Part shown: positions 52,585-61,246 of the stretch, piece by piece
How positions within the stretch are numbered: the stretch's first letter is position 1
Layout of the letters: each line of letters opens with the position of its first letter
Assembly (NCBI GenBank): GCA_965219995.1
Contig: CBDCOX010000002.1
Coordinates: 2,880,001 to 2,944,000 of the forward strand
Source of the DNA: Candidatus Latescibacterota bacterium
GTDB lineage: Bacteria; Latescibacterota; UBA2968; GCA-2709665
DNA: 64,000 bases
Direction: 5' to 3'
Notes under the pieces: generated by a model
Seen by the model: the letters and a program-made list of their open reading frames with translations, nothing else
Databases searched by the model: none
What the model was told of the DNA's origin: nothing
Position numbers and translations under genes: made by a program

Positions 52585-53118
52585 ATGAGAGTCCAAAGAA
52601 AGCTCTTGATACGAGCGGCAATTCTAACGGTTATTATTGCTCACATCGGTTGCGAGAAAATGGAGGAGCATCGCCACGAACACGGGGAACCACACGAAAC
52701 CAATGCACATCATGAGCATATTGCACCTCACGGCGGGACATTGGTTGTATTTGGCGATGAGTTTGCGCACATTGAGTTTGTGCTGGACCGGACAACGGGA
52801 AAACTCACTGGCTACGTGCTTGACGGTGAAGCGGAAAAATCGGTGAGGCTCTCACAGAAGACAATCGAACTCAAGGTACATCGAGAAGATGCCGAGACCG
52901 ACTTTACTTTGCAACTTTCAGCGATTGCAAACGTCCTGACCGGAGAGACCCAAGGCGACACCTCCCAATTTGAGGCCCAATCGGACGCACTTAAGGGAGC
53001 ATCGGAATTTCATGCAGAGATTGTCTCGATTGAAGTAATGGGTCAGATGTTCACTCATATTGAATTTGAGTTTCCCGAAGGCAACGAGGCAACGGAAAAT
53101 AAGCATGGTGGACATTAG
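52585..53118 (+). CDS. His-rich putative lipoprotein (metal-binding)
   Basis: IGC lipobox-like site, HRHEHGEPHETNAHHEH, APHGG, HIEF motifs. Confidence 0.8.
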   Translation: MRVQRKLLIRAAILTVIIAHIGCEKMEEHRHEHGEPHETNAHHEHIAPHGGTLVVFGDEFAHIEFVLDRTTGKLTGYVLDGEAEKSVRLSQKTIELKVHREDAETDFTLQLSAIANVLTGETQGDTSQFEAQSDALKGASEFHAEIVSIEVMGQMFTHIEFEFPEGNEATENKHGGH

Positions 53119-53372
53119 TCTCAATTTGAAAAAAGAAAAATTGGCCACAAAAAGCACAAAAGACACAAAAAGAATCCGTGCAAAGCGTCGTGTGTGGTAA
53201 CGCGGTGACCCTGCAGTTATTTCCTCACCGAGCCGAAAAGGTCGTCGGGAAGCACGTTTTTTCCGTTCACGTCCAGTGACCAGAAGGATCATAGAAATCA
53301 GCAGTTAAATCGCCTTTATTCACTTGCACATACTCGAATTAACGTACCCGAATAATGACGAATCAAGGTTAG
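53115..53372 (-). mobile_element. MITE copy 4
   Basis: Reverse homolog of copy 1; TTAG duplicated at both ends. Confidence 0.85.
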
Positions 53373-53374
53373 TC

Positions 53375-54490
53375 ATGAGACTGAGAAATTTGGGTAGCGT
53401 ATTCTCTTTATGCGGATCACGTGTTGCTTTTTGTGCAACGGTTCTTGGGTTAATCCTCGGGATATCCCGCATTGCCTCCGCTCAAGACGATCCGGCTGCG
53501 AAGTCCAGGACATTCACGCTGGACAAAGAGAGAAGTGCGTTCATGTTTGGAGGCAGTCAGTTCAGGGCAACAACCGAGCGGATCAACGGAAGCATTGTAC
53601 TCGACCCCGATGCGTTGCATGAGTCGTTCAAGGCGATCTTCCAACTTGATATGAAACGTCTGAAAATGCAGACCGGCATCGATAAGGGGGCTCAGAAGGT
53701 CTGGTGGAACGCAGATGTTTACCCGCAAGCGATCCTTCGGATTGAGCGCCTGAGTGTTGCGGAAGATGCACGACTCGTCGATGCATTACCCATCATTGCT
53801 GATGCCGACGCGACCTTTGAGTTCCACGGTGTCAAGAAGCCGGTAAAATTGAAAGAGTTACGGTTCACCTTTTTTTCAAGAAGCAGTCGGTTTGCCCAGT
53901 GGTTACCCGGCGAGGTTCTGCGGCTCGTCGGCGATTTTGAAATCCAATCCGCGGACTACAGGATCGAAGCAGAGCCGGAATTGACCGCTCCAATGCCGAT
54001 CAACTTTGTTCTGTTTGCCATTGATAGCACTGCCGCCGATGCCGCCCCTGCTGAAATGATTGGTGAGTACCTGCGCGTCCCATTCAGTTTCTTAAGTGAT
54101 TACTGGCTGGATGAGCCGGATTGGAGGCAATTGGAAGATTCGGAATACGTCGGCTCGCTCTCCTACGACACCGAGATCCCCGACAAAGTGAAGCGACTCG
54201 ATGAGAAAAAGGTCGCAATCACAGGATTTATGCTTCCGATCGACGTTGACCGGGGAAATGTGAAGCGGCTCCTGTTGCTCAAGTCAACGATGTCGTGCTG
54301 TTACGGCGTTGCACCGCGTATCAATGAGGTTATCTACGTCGAACCTTCAAAAAAGCAGAAGATTCAAATGGTGATGGATGTGCCAATCACCGTTTTTGGC
54401 AAACTCTCGGTCGGTCAGCAGTTTCGGGAGGATTTGATGCTGATGGGCGTTTATCAATTGGAGTTGGATGAGGTCAAGCGTGCACGCTGA
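53375..54490 (+). CDS. YceI-like + DUF3299 fusion protein
   Basis: Signal peptide; GSIVLDP, YPQAIL and FHGVKKPV (YceI-like); ITGFMLP and CCYGVAPRINEVIYV (DUF3299-like). Confidence 0.65.
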   Translation: MRLRNLGSVFSLCGSRVAFCATVLGLILGISRIASAQDDPAAKSRTFTLDKERSAFMFGGSQFRATTERINGSIVLDPDALHESFKAIFQLDMKRLKMQTGIDKGAQKVWWNADVYPQAILRIERLSVAEDARLVDALPIIADADATFEFHGVKKPVKLKELRFTFFSRSSRFAQWLPGEVLRLVGDFEIQSADYRIEAEPELTAPMPINFVLFAIDSTAADAAPAEMIGEYLRVPFSFLSDYWLDEPDWRQLEDSEYVGSLSYDTEIPDKVKRLDEKKVAITGFMLPIDVDRGNVKRLLLLKSTMSCCYGVAPRINEVIYVEPSKKQKIQMVMDVPITVFGKLSVGQQFREDLMLMGVYQLELDEVKRAR

Positions 54491-54614
54491 AATGTCATCC
54501 CTCTCATTCGGGGGATTTGATCCCGTCCCGCCGAATAGCCCCTGAACCGGTCTTTCATGTTCGTTATCGCCCAGATCCACTGGAGTGCCGACCCCGAGAT
54601 CTTCCGCATCGGTC
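54487..54614 (+). repeat. Right copy of the yidD/lgt junction repeat (yidD relic + lgt start)
   Basis: Encodes LKCHPSHSG/FDPVPPNSP* (frameshifted), then MFVIAQIHWS. Confidence 0.9.
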
Positions 54615-55366
54615 CGGTCGTCCTGCGCTGGTACAGCCTGTGCTTTCTGGTCACCTTCGTCCTCGGCTACTTCATCATGCGCCGGATGTTCCGGTGCGAA
54701 GGAAAACCCGCGAAGGACTTGGACAGCCTGGTCAACCATATGGTTCTCGGCACCCTCATCGGAGCGCGCCTTGGACACTGTCTGTTCTACGACCCCGCAT
54801 TCTACCTGACAAACCCGATCGAGATCTTCAAGATCTGGCGGGGCGGCCTTGCCAGCCACGGCGCAGCCATCGGCATTTTTTCCGCACTCTATCTGTACGC
54901 CCGACACCGGCCGGATCAATCCTATCTCTGGATACTTGACCGGGTCGTCGTGACGGTTGCCCTTGGCGGGTTCTTCATCCGCATCGGCAACTTCTTCAAC
55001 TCCGAAATATACGGCACCCCGGCCGAGCTGCCCTGGGCGATCGTCTTTTCCCACATCGATTCCGTCCCGAGGCATCCGGTGCAACTCTATGAATCGCTCG
55101 CCTACGGACTGATTTTCCTCCTCCTCTTCGCGGTCTATTCGAAACTGCGCGCCCGGACGCCGACCGGAATGCTTCTCGGCCTCTTCCTCGTAACCGTGTT
55201 CTCATTCCGGGTGGTCGTTGAATTCGTCAAGGTCCGCCAGGCCGCTTACGGTCACGGCTTCCCCCTCAGCGTGGGGCAGTGGCTCAGCTTCCCGCTCATC
55301 ATCCTGGGCATCGTCCTTCTCGTAAACGCACGAAAGCGGCCCGGCTCGAAAGCTCCCGCGCCGTGA
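54557..55366 (+). CDS. lgt: Prolipoprotein diacylglyceryl transferase
   Basis: RWY, GARLGH, GGLASHG, RIGNFFNSEIYG, HPVQLYE. Confidence 0.92.
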   Translation: MFVIAQIHWSADPEIFRIGPVVLRWYSLCFLVTFVLGYFIMRRMFRCEGKPAKDLDSLVNHMVLGTLIGARLGHCLFYDPAFYLTNPIEIFKIWRGGLASHGAAIGIFSALYLYARHRPDQSYLWILDRVVVTVALGGFFIRIGNFFNSEIYGTPAELPWAIVFSHIDSVPRHPVQLYESLAYGLIFLLLFAVYSKLRARTPTGMLLGLFLVTVFSFRVVVEFVKVRQAAYGHGFPLSVGQWLSFPLIILGIVLLVNARKRPGSKAPAP

Positions 55367-55419
55367 GGACCACGATATAGACGCTGCATTTCCGAATTTC
55401 TAAAGAAAGGTGGTATCCC

Positions 55420-56175
55420 ATGAACTCGTATGCGGCCGTTGCCGGCATGCTGCAGAAATCCCTCAACCTTGCCCTTCCGCCGGTTGCCGTCTGTATTTCG
55501 GACGCGGTGCCTGAAGGCGTACCGGAATACGAGGGCCGGGCGCCTGCCGGCTGTCTGTTCTGGCAGGAAGCGGAAAAAGGCCCCTTCTCCACCCGGACCA
55601 CCCACCACGAACTGTGCGCCATCGGCGTACATACACACCGGATGGCCAACCCGCCGGCCTCGTACGAAGCGGAACTGGGCGACGTTCTGAAAACAATGGC
55701 CGGGATGGATTACGTTCGCGAGGAGGACGTTATGGAGATCCCGGTGCTGGAGAACGAAACCAGGCACGTCATCTACGCCCCTCTGGACAAAACACCGCTC
55801 GATCCGTCCGTGGTCCTTCTCTTCGCCCATTCACGTCAGAGCCTCATTATTACCGAAGCCGTCCAGCAGGTCGAACCGGCCGTCCCGCCTGCAATGGGCC
55901 GTCCCGCCTGCGCAGTGGTTCCCCATGCCGTCAAAACCGGGAGGGCCGCGCTCAGTCTGGGCTGCTGCGGCGCCAGGGCATACCTGGATGCCCTCACGGA
56001 CGACGTCGCCATATGGGCGCTGCCTGGCGACACGGTACATCTGTACGCAGCCCGCATCGACACTTTCGCCACGGCCAACAACGTCCTTGGTGAATTCCAT
56101 TCCATGCGTCGAAAAGACGTGGAAGCCGGCCTTGAACCCACGGTTGCCGAGTCACTTTCGAGGCTGGAGAACTGA
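55420..56175 (+). CDS. DUF169-family protein
   Basis: GCLFW, CAIG, GRPAC and SLGCCGAR conserved Cys pattern. Confidence 0.75.
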   Translation: MNSYAAVAGMLQKSLNLALPPVAVCISDAVPEGVPEYEGRAPAGCLFWQEAEKGPFSTRTTHHELCAIGVHTHRMANPPASYEAELGDVLKTMAGMDYVREEDVMEIPVLENETRHVIYAPLDKTPLDPSVVLLFAHSRQSLIITEAVQQVEPAVPPAMGRPACAVVPHAVKTGRAALSLGCCGARAYLDALTDDVAIWALPGDTVHLYAARIDTFATANNVLGEFHSMRRKDVEAGLEPTVAESLSRLEN

Positions 56176-56293
56176 CCCGAGACACGAACTTCATGGCGCG
56201 GGTTTCTTTCGCTTGAAACGGCACGGATGCATGGTATATTGAGAGAAAATCCCTGCATCCGCAGACTCCCCTTCTCGTCATACGGAATCCTCG

Positions 56294-57016
56294 ATGCGTT
56301 CCACGTCGAAAGAACAGACTCTGGACCTGCGCGAAAAAGGCAAACCCATCAACGGACAGGTGCAGGCCAGCAACCGGCGGCTCTATATGCAGCTGCACGT
56401 GTTCGGAAACTGCGGGTGCACGCACACACTTGCCGACGGGCTCCGCGAATCCGGCGTCGACGCCGTCCTGTACGCGGACCTGAACGACCCGACCGGTGTT
56501 GGCATTCTCACGGTATCCGAGTCTCCGGGAGCCTTTACGGGGGAAATCCGCGCATTGTTGAGTTCCGGTCCCTTCGCCGAGCTACAACGACATCCCGACC
56601 TTACCATGTTCGGAAGGACCTACGCACACGGGTACGAGCCCGATCTTGACGAGACGCTGTTGAGAAAGCCGCGCCGCAAGGTCCTGAACCCGGACTGGCC
56701 CTGGGCCGTATGGTATCCGCTGCGACGCAAGCCCGAATTCGGACTGCTGCCGGGTGAGGACCTGCGCGGGATTCTGGGTGAACACGCCAGAATCGGACGG
56801 ACCTACGCCGAGGCCGGTTTTGCCCAGGACATCCGCCTTGCCTGCTATGGCCTTGACCGCAACGACAATGACTTCGTCATCGGCCTCCTGGGTCCCGAAT
56901 TGCATCCGCTCTCGCACGTTGTCCAGGAAATGCGGAAGACCCGGCAGACTGCGCAATACGTGCAATCTCTGGGACCGTTTTTCGTTGGTAAAGCTGTCTG
57001 GCAAACTCCTTTATGA
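56294..57016 (+). CDS. Chlorite dismutase/HemQ-family heme protein
   Basis: WYPLRR, EHARIG, YGLD..DNDFVI, EMRKT, GPFFVG; TTGAAA-N16-TATATT upstream. Confidence 0.75.
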   Translation: MRSTSKEQTLDLREKGKPINGQVQASNRRLYMQLHVFGNCGCTHTLADGLRESGVDAVLYADLNDPTGVGILTVSESPGAFTGEIRALLSSGPFAELQRHPDLTMFGRTYAHGYEPDLDETLLRKPRRKVLNPDWPWAVWYPLRRKPEFGLLPGEDLRGILGEHARIGRTYAEAGFAQDIRLACYGLDRNDNDFVIGLLGPELHPLSHVVQEMRKTRQTAQYVQSLGPFFVGKAVWQTPL

Positions 57017-57064
57017 CACTGGTGAAGAGACACATAGAGGAATCCTGACCCACGGCAGGCCGAA

Positions 57065-58318
57065 ATGATTCGCAAGATCGAAGTCCTCCGTTACGGCTGC
57101 CTGCGTTTCATCAGCCGACCACTGGATGCATTCCACATTCTGGTTGGGCCCAATGCCAGCGGGAAAACCACCTTGCTGGACGCCATCGCTTTCCTCGGCG
57201 ATCTCGTTTCCGACGGGCTGGAGGAGGCCGTTGAAGGACGCGCGGCCGACCTGCGCGACCTGGTCTGGCGCCGTACCTTCGATCCGTTCGAACTGGCCAT
57301 CGACCTGAGCATACCGGAACAGAAAACCGACCTTTTCGACAACCGGCAATACGATCGTTGCCGGTACGAAATCACCATCGGGCCGTCAGCCGAAACGGGT
57401 GAGACCGCCATTCTGGCCGAACGCGTTCTGCTTCTCCCCGAGGATTCCCAGGAAGAGCCCGAGTGCGAACAGCAGACGCTTTTCCCGGTCGATCGTCCGA
57501 TGCCGGACACGCTGGCCCTGCCCCGCGTCAGAGGCGCCAGGACCATCGTGCACAAGGTTCACGGGAGCAATGACAACTTCTACTACGAAACCGGTACAGG
57601 ATGGGACCACTCTTTCAAGCTGGGTCCGCGGCGGTCCGCTCTGGCCAATCTGCCGGAAGACGAAACCCGATATCCCGTAGCGACGTGGTTGAAGGGCATC
57701 CTCAACAACGGAATCCAGCGTCTGGTGCTGAACAGCGCGAGTATGCGTCGTCCCAGCCCGCCCGGCCGCACCTCCGGGTTTCAGCCCGATGGCTCCAACC
57801 TGCCCTGGGTTATCGCTGCCCTGCATGCCAGCGCGCCCGACAGGTTCGCGGCGTGGATCGGTTGCCTGCAGTCCGTTCTTCCGGACCTGCGTTCCATCCG
57901 CACAATTGAACGTCCCGAGGACAGGCACTGTTATCTGGTCTTCCAGGACCGAAACGGACTGGAGGCGCCCTCCTGGGCAATTTCCGACGGCACACTTCGC
58001 CTTCTGGCCCTTACACTTCCGGCATTCCTGCCGGATTTCTGCGGCGTCCACCTGGTAGAAGAGCCCGAAAACGGGATCCATCCCCGGGCCGTCGAAACGG
58101 TTTTTCGAGCGCTCTCTTCCATAGAAAACGTCCAGATCCTCTTAACCACGCACTCGCCCGTCATTGTGGGTCTGGCGGAAGGCAGTCAGGTCATCTGTTT
58201 TTCCAGAACGGAATCCGGCGCCGCCGACCTGGTTCTCAGCACCGAAAATCCGGCGCTTCGGGAATGGCAGGGCGAAACCGATCTGGGTTCCCTGTTTGCA
58301 GACGGTGTGCTGGGATAG
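57065..58318 (+). CDS. AAA_21/ABC-type ATPase of the defence/TA-associated class
   Basis: GPNASGKTT, SDGTLR, EEPENGIHP, TTHSP. Confidence 0.8.
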   Translation: MIRKIEVLRYGCLRFISRPLDAFHILVGPNASGKTTLLDAIAFLGDLVSDGLEEAVEGRAADLRDLVWRRTFDPFELAIDLSIPEQKTDLFDNRQYDRCRYEITIGPSAETGETAILAERVLLLPEDSQEEPECEQQTLFPVDRPMPDTLALPRVRGARTIVHKVHGSNDNFYYETGTGWDHSFKLGPRRSALANLPEDETRYPVATWLKGILNNGIQRLVLNSASMRRPSPPGRTSGFQPDGSNLPWVIAALHASAPDRFAAWIGCLQSVLPDLRSIRTIERPEDRHCYLVFQDRNGLEAPSWAISDGTLRLLALTLPAFLPDFCGVHLVEEPENGIHPRAVETVFRALSSIENVQILLTTHSPVIVGLAEGSQVICFSRTESGAADLVLSTENPALREWQGETDLGSLFADGVLG

Positions 58319-58456
58319 AACCGTGTGCGCAGCAGGAACGACAGCGGGAGGACACACCGACGACGCGACCGCCCGGGCGGTTATTCTCCATCGCCCGGGC
58401 GGTTGTATTCCGGGCACGTCAGTGTGAAACAGCGAATGCATTCGAGGACACACCCC

Positions 58457-59626
58457 ATGGATGAACTCACACTGAAATACGGTTGCAACCCGCACCAGAA
58501 ACCCGCGAGAATTTTCAACGAACGCGGCCCGCTGCCCTTCCGTGTCCTGAACGGCACGGCAGGCTATATAAACCTGCTCGACGCGCTCAATTCCTGGCAG
58601 CTTGTAAAGGAACTCCGGGAGACCCTGGGCACGCCCGCCGCGGCATCCTTCAAACACCTCAGCCCCACCGGCGCCGCCGTGGCGGTGCCTCTGAGCGAAG
58701 ACGTGAGGAAAGCCCTGTTTGTGGAAGACCTGGACCTTTCGCCACCGGCCGTGGCGTACGCCCGCGCCCGGGGCGCCGACCGGCTTTCTTCGTATGGGGA
58801 TTGGGCGGCCCTTAGCGACACGGTTGACGTTGCCACCGCCCGGCTTCTTCGCCGGGAGGTTTCCGACGGCGTGATTGCGCCCGGATATCATCCGGAAGCC
58901 CTGGAGATATTGAAGCGGAAAAAAGGCGGCGCCTACCCGGTCCTTCAAATCGATCCGGATTACAAGCCCCGGGAGACCGAGCGACGAGAGGTATTCGGGC
59001 TCACATTCGAGCAGCAGTCCAACACCCGGTCTATCGGCCCTGAGATATTGAAGAACGTCGTTACCCGTAAGCAGGAAATCCCCCCGGAAAAAGCCCGCGA
59101 TATGCTTGTGGCCACGATAACGCTCAAATTCACCCAGTCCAACTCCATCTGCTTCGCGCTGCAAGGCCAGGCCATCGGCGTGGGCGCGGGCCAGCAGAAC
59201 CGCCTTGCGTGCACGGATATCGCCGCCAGGAAAGCCGAAGCATGGTTTCTGCGCCAGCACCCCGCGGTACTCGATCTGAGATTCAGACGCGGCGCCAGGC
59301 GGCCCGAGAAGATAAACGCCATCGAACTCTATCTGAAGGGGGACATGACTCCCGAAGAACAGTGCGTCTGGCGCGCTTCATTCCGAAAAGCGCCGCGGCC
59401 CCTCGGGGAATCGTCCAGGCGGGAATGGCTGCATCGCCTCAAGGGTGTCAGCCTGGGCTCCGACGCGTATATTCCCTTTCGCGACAACATCGACCGCGCC
59501 GCCAGAACGGGCGTGGAATACGTGATCCAGACGGGCGGTTCAGTACAGGACGATGCCGTGACCGCCGCCGCCGATGAATATGGCATGGTCATGGTCAACA
59601 GCGGAATCAGGCTCTTTCATCACTAG
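58457..59626 (+). CDS. purH: Monofunctional AICAR formyltransferase (no IMP cyclohydrolase domain)
   Basis: LKYGCNPHQ, YINLLD, FKHLSP, KFTQSNS, GAGQQNR, SDAYIPF, RLFHH; ATG after GAGG. Confidence 0.85.
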   Translation: MDELTLKYGCNPHQKPARIFNERGPLPFRVLNGTAGYINLLDALNSWQLVKELRETLGTPAAASFKHLSPTGAAVAVPLSEDVRKALFVEDLDLSPPAVAYARARGADRLSSYGDWAALSDTVDVATARLLRREVSDGVIAPGYHPEALEILKRKKGGAYPVLQIDPDYKPRETERREVFGLTFEQQSNTRSIGPEILKNVVTRKQEIPPEKARDMLVATITLKFTQSNSICFALQGQAIGVGAGQQNRLACTDIAARKAEAWFLRQHPAVLDLRFRRGARRPEKINAIELYLKGDMTPEEQCVWRASFRKAPRPLGESSRREWLHRLKGVSLGSDAYIPFRDNIDRAARTGVEYVIQTGGSVQDDAVTAAADEYGMVMVNSGIRLFHH

Positions 59627-60785
59627 TACTTAATTGGCTAAATTAGAGTATTTTTCTTCAAGGGCTTTGGGTCGGACTTTTGTGGCTTTCCACTCGAAGG
59701 GATGTGCGTTCTCGTTGTAGGCGTCAATGAAGTGATTGATGGCGGTGCGTAAGTCTCGAATCGAGGTGAAGGAGCCGCCTTTGAGCGCGCTTCTCCACAG
59801 GATGCTGAACCAGATTTCGATCTGGTTCAGCCAGGATGCGTGGGTAGGGGTGTAGTAGAAGTGGACATTTGGATGGCGTGGCAGCCAGCGGTCGTTCTTG
59901 GGCTTGTGGGTGTTCAGGTTGTCGAGGATGATGTGGAGTTCCTGATCGGGGTATTCGGCGACAAGTTCGTTCATAAAGCTCAAGAATTGGCGTCGTTTGC
60001 GCCTTTTGTAATGCCCGGCCTTGACGAGGCCGGTGGCGACGTTCAATGCGGCGAATAACGTGGTGGTGCCGTTTCTCTTGTATTCGTGGTTAAAGCCGGT
60101 CACGGCCTTGCCGTTGGGCAGCTTGAGCCATCCCTGTACCCTTTCCAACGCCTGGATCGCGGGCTTTTCGTCGACGCACAAGACAATCGCATTTTTGGGA
60201 GGTTCCAGATACAACCCCACAATGGCTGCGGCCTTGGCGGCAAATTCGGGATCGGTGCTGATACACCAGCTGCGCCTTCTGGCCAGTGAGATGCCGTGGT
60301 TGCGCAATACTTGCCAGACATAGTGGACAGAAATCCCCAGCTTGTCGGCCAACAACGGACCGGTCCAGTTTCCATAGCCCTTGGGCGGGGCGTCGTCCAA
60401 GGACTCCAAAATTCGCCTTTCGCTTGAAAGATCGTACTTGGCAGGCTTACCCGACCTCGCCTTGTCCTGCAACCCGGAAAGACCCGACTCGTGAAAGCGC
60501 CGGCGCCACTTGCACACCGTGGCCTCGCGCGTTCCCAGGTCCCTGGCGATGTCACGGTTCGCAATGCCCTGCGATGCTGAAAGAACAATCCGGGCGCGTA
60601 GCACATAACGGTGTTGCGTCTTGCCTGAACGGCTCCAACTCAACAGCGTCTCTTTTTCCTCGTCACTCAACGTGATCAACACGGCGGGGCGGCTCATAGG
60701 CGGTCTCCTCTCCACAATTGAATTGAGATCGATTCCCTATGAGCCCAAGATATATTATTTCGCTTTCTTTGTCAAGTAAGTACTA
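59624..60785 (-). mobile_element. IS630-family insertion sequence
   Basis: Ends TAGTACTTAATTG / TAGTACTTACTTG (rc), CTAG on both sides, inward TTGACA-N17-TATCTT. Confidence 0.92.
59630..60697 (-). CDS. IS630 transposase, intact
   Basis: HTH N-terminus; VDEK, EYKRNGT, ILDNL, SWLNQIEIWF (DDE). Confidence 0.92.
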   Translation of the reverse strand: MSRPAVLITLSDEEKETLLSWSRSGKTQHRYVLRARIVLSASQGIANRDIARDLGTREATVCKWRRRFHESGLSGLQDKARSGKPAKYDLSSERRILESLDDAPPKGYGNWTGPLLADKLGISVHYVWQVLRNHGISLARRRSWCISTDPEFAAKAAAIVGLYLEPPKNAIVLCVDEKPAIQALERVQGWLKLPNGKAVTGFNHEYKRNGTTTLFAALNVATGLVKAGHYKRRKRRQFLSFMNELVAEYPDQELHIILDNLNTHKPKNDRWLPRHPNVHFYYTPTHASWLNQIEIWFSILWRSALKGGSFTSIRDLRTAINHFIDAYNENAHPFEWKATKVRPKALEEKYSNLAN

Positions 60786-61050
60786 GGTCGGTGAAACGCA
60801 GCAAAGACAGCTATCAGCTTTCAGCCGTCAGCTTGAATCAAAAACGAAAGACAAACGGCGAAGAGCGGCCGGCGAAACCACCGCGAATCCGTCGAATTGA
60901 TCTCACTGAGATTCCATTCGCCCGCTCGGGTTGCAGGACGACGGCTTACGTGCTTGCGACGGAGGGGATTCGTGGAAGACTGTATCAATTTCCTGGCGCC
61001 GGACGGAAACCAGTCTATTCGAAGGCGACTTCATCGTACAACTTCAATGT

Positions 61051-61103
61051 GTCGCAAAATGCGACGATTTTTCATTGACCACAGCGCGAACCCGCGTTAT
61101 ATT
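61051..61103 (+). promoter_or_regulatory. Sigma70 promoter with upstream palindrome
   Basis: GTCGCA-AAA-TGCGAC (61051-61065); TTGACC-N17-TATATT (61075-61103). Confidence 0.6.
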
Positions 61104-61246
61104 AACCGCGCGACACGGTTGTTTCTTCGGTGGTAATAATGGAGACCGATTCGTGGTCTCCTGCCGTCTAAAACCATCGACAGGCTTCCTGGTGAAAGAA
61201 TGGGTGTACCTGAGGCATACACCATCGATAATGGAGATTGTCGGAC

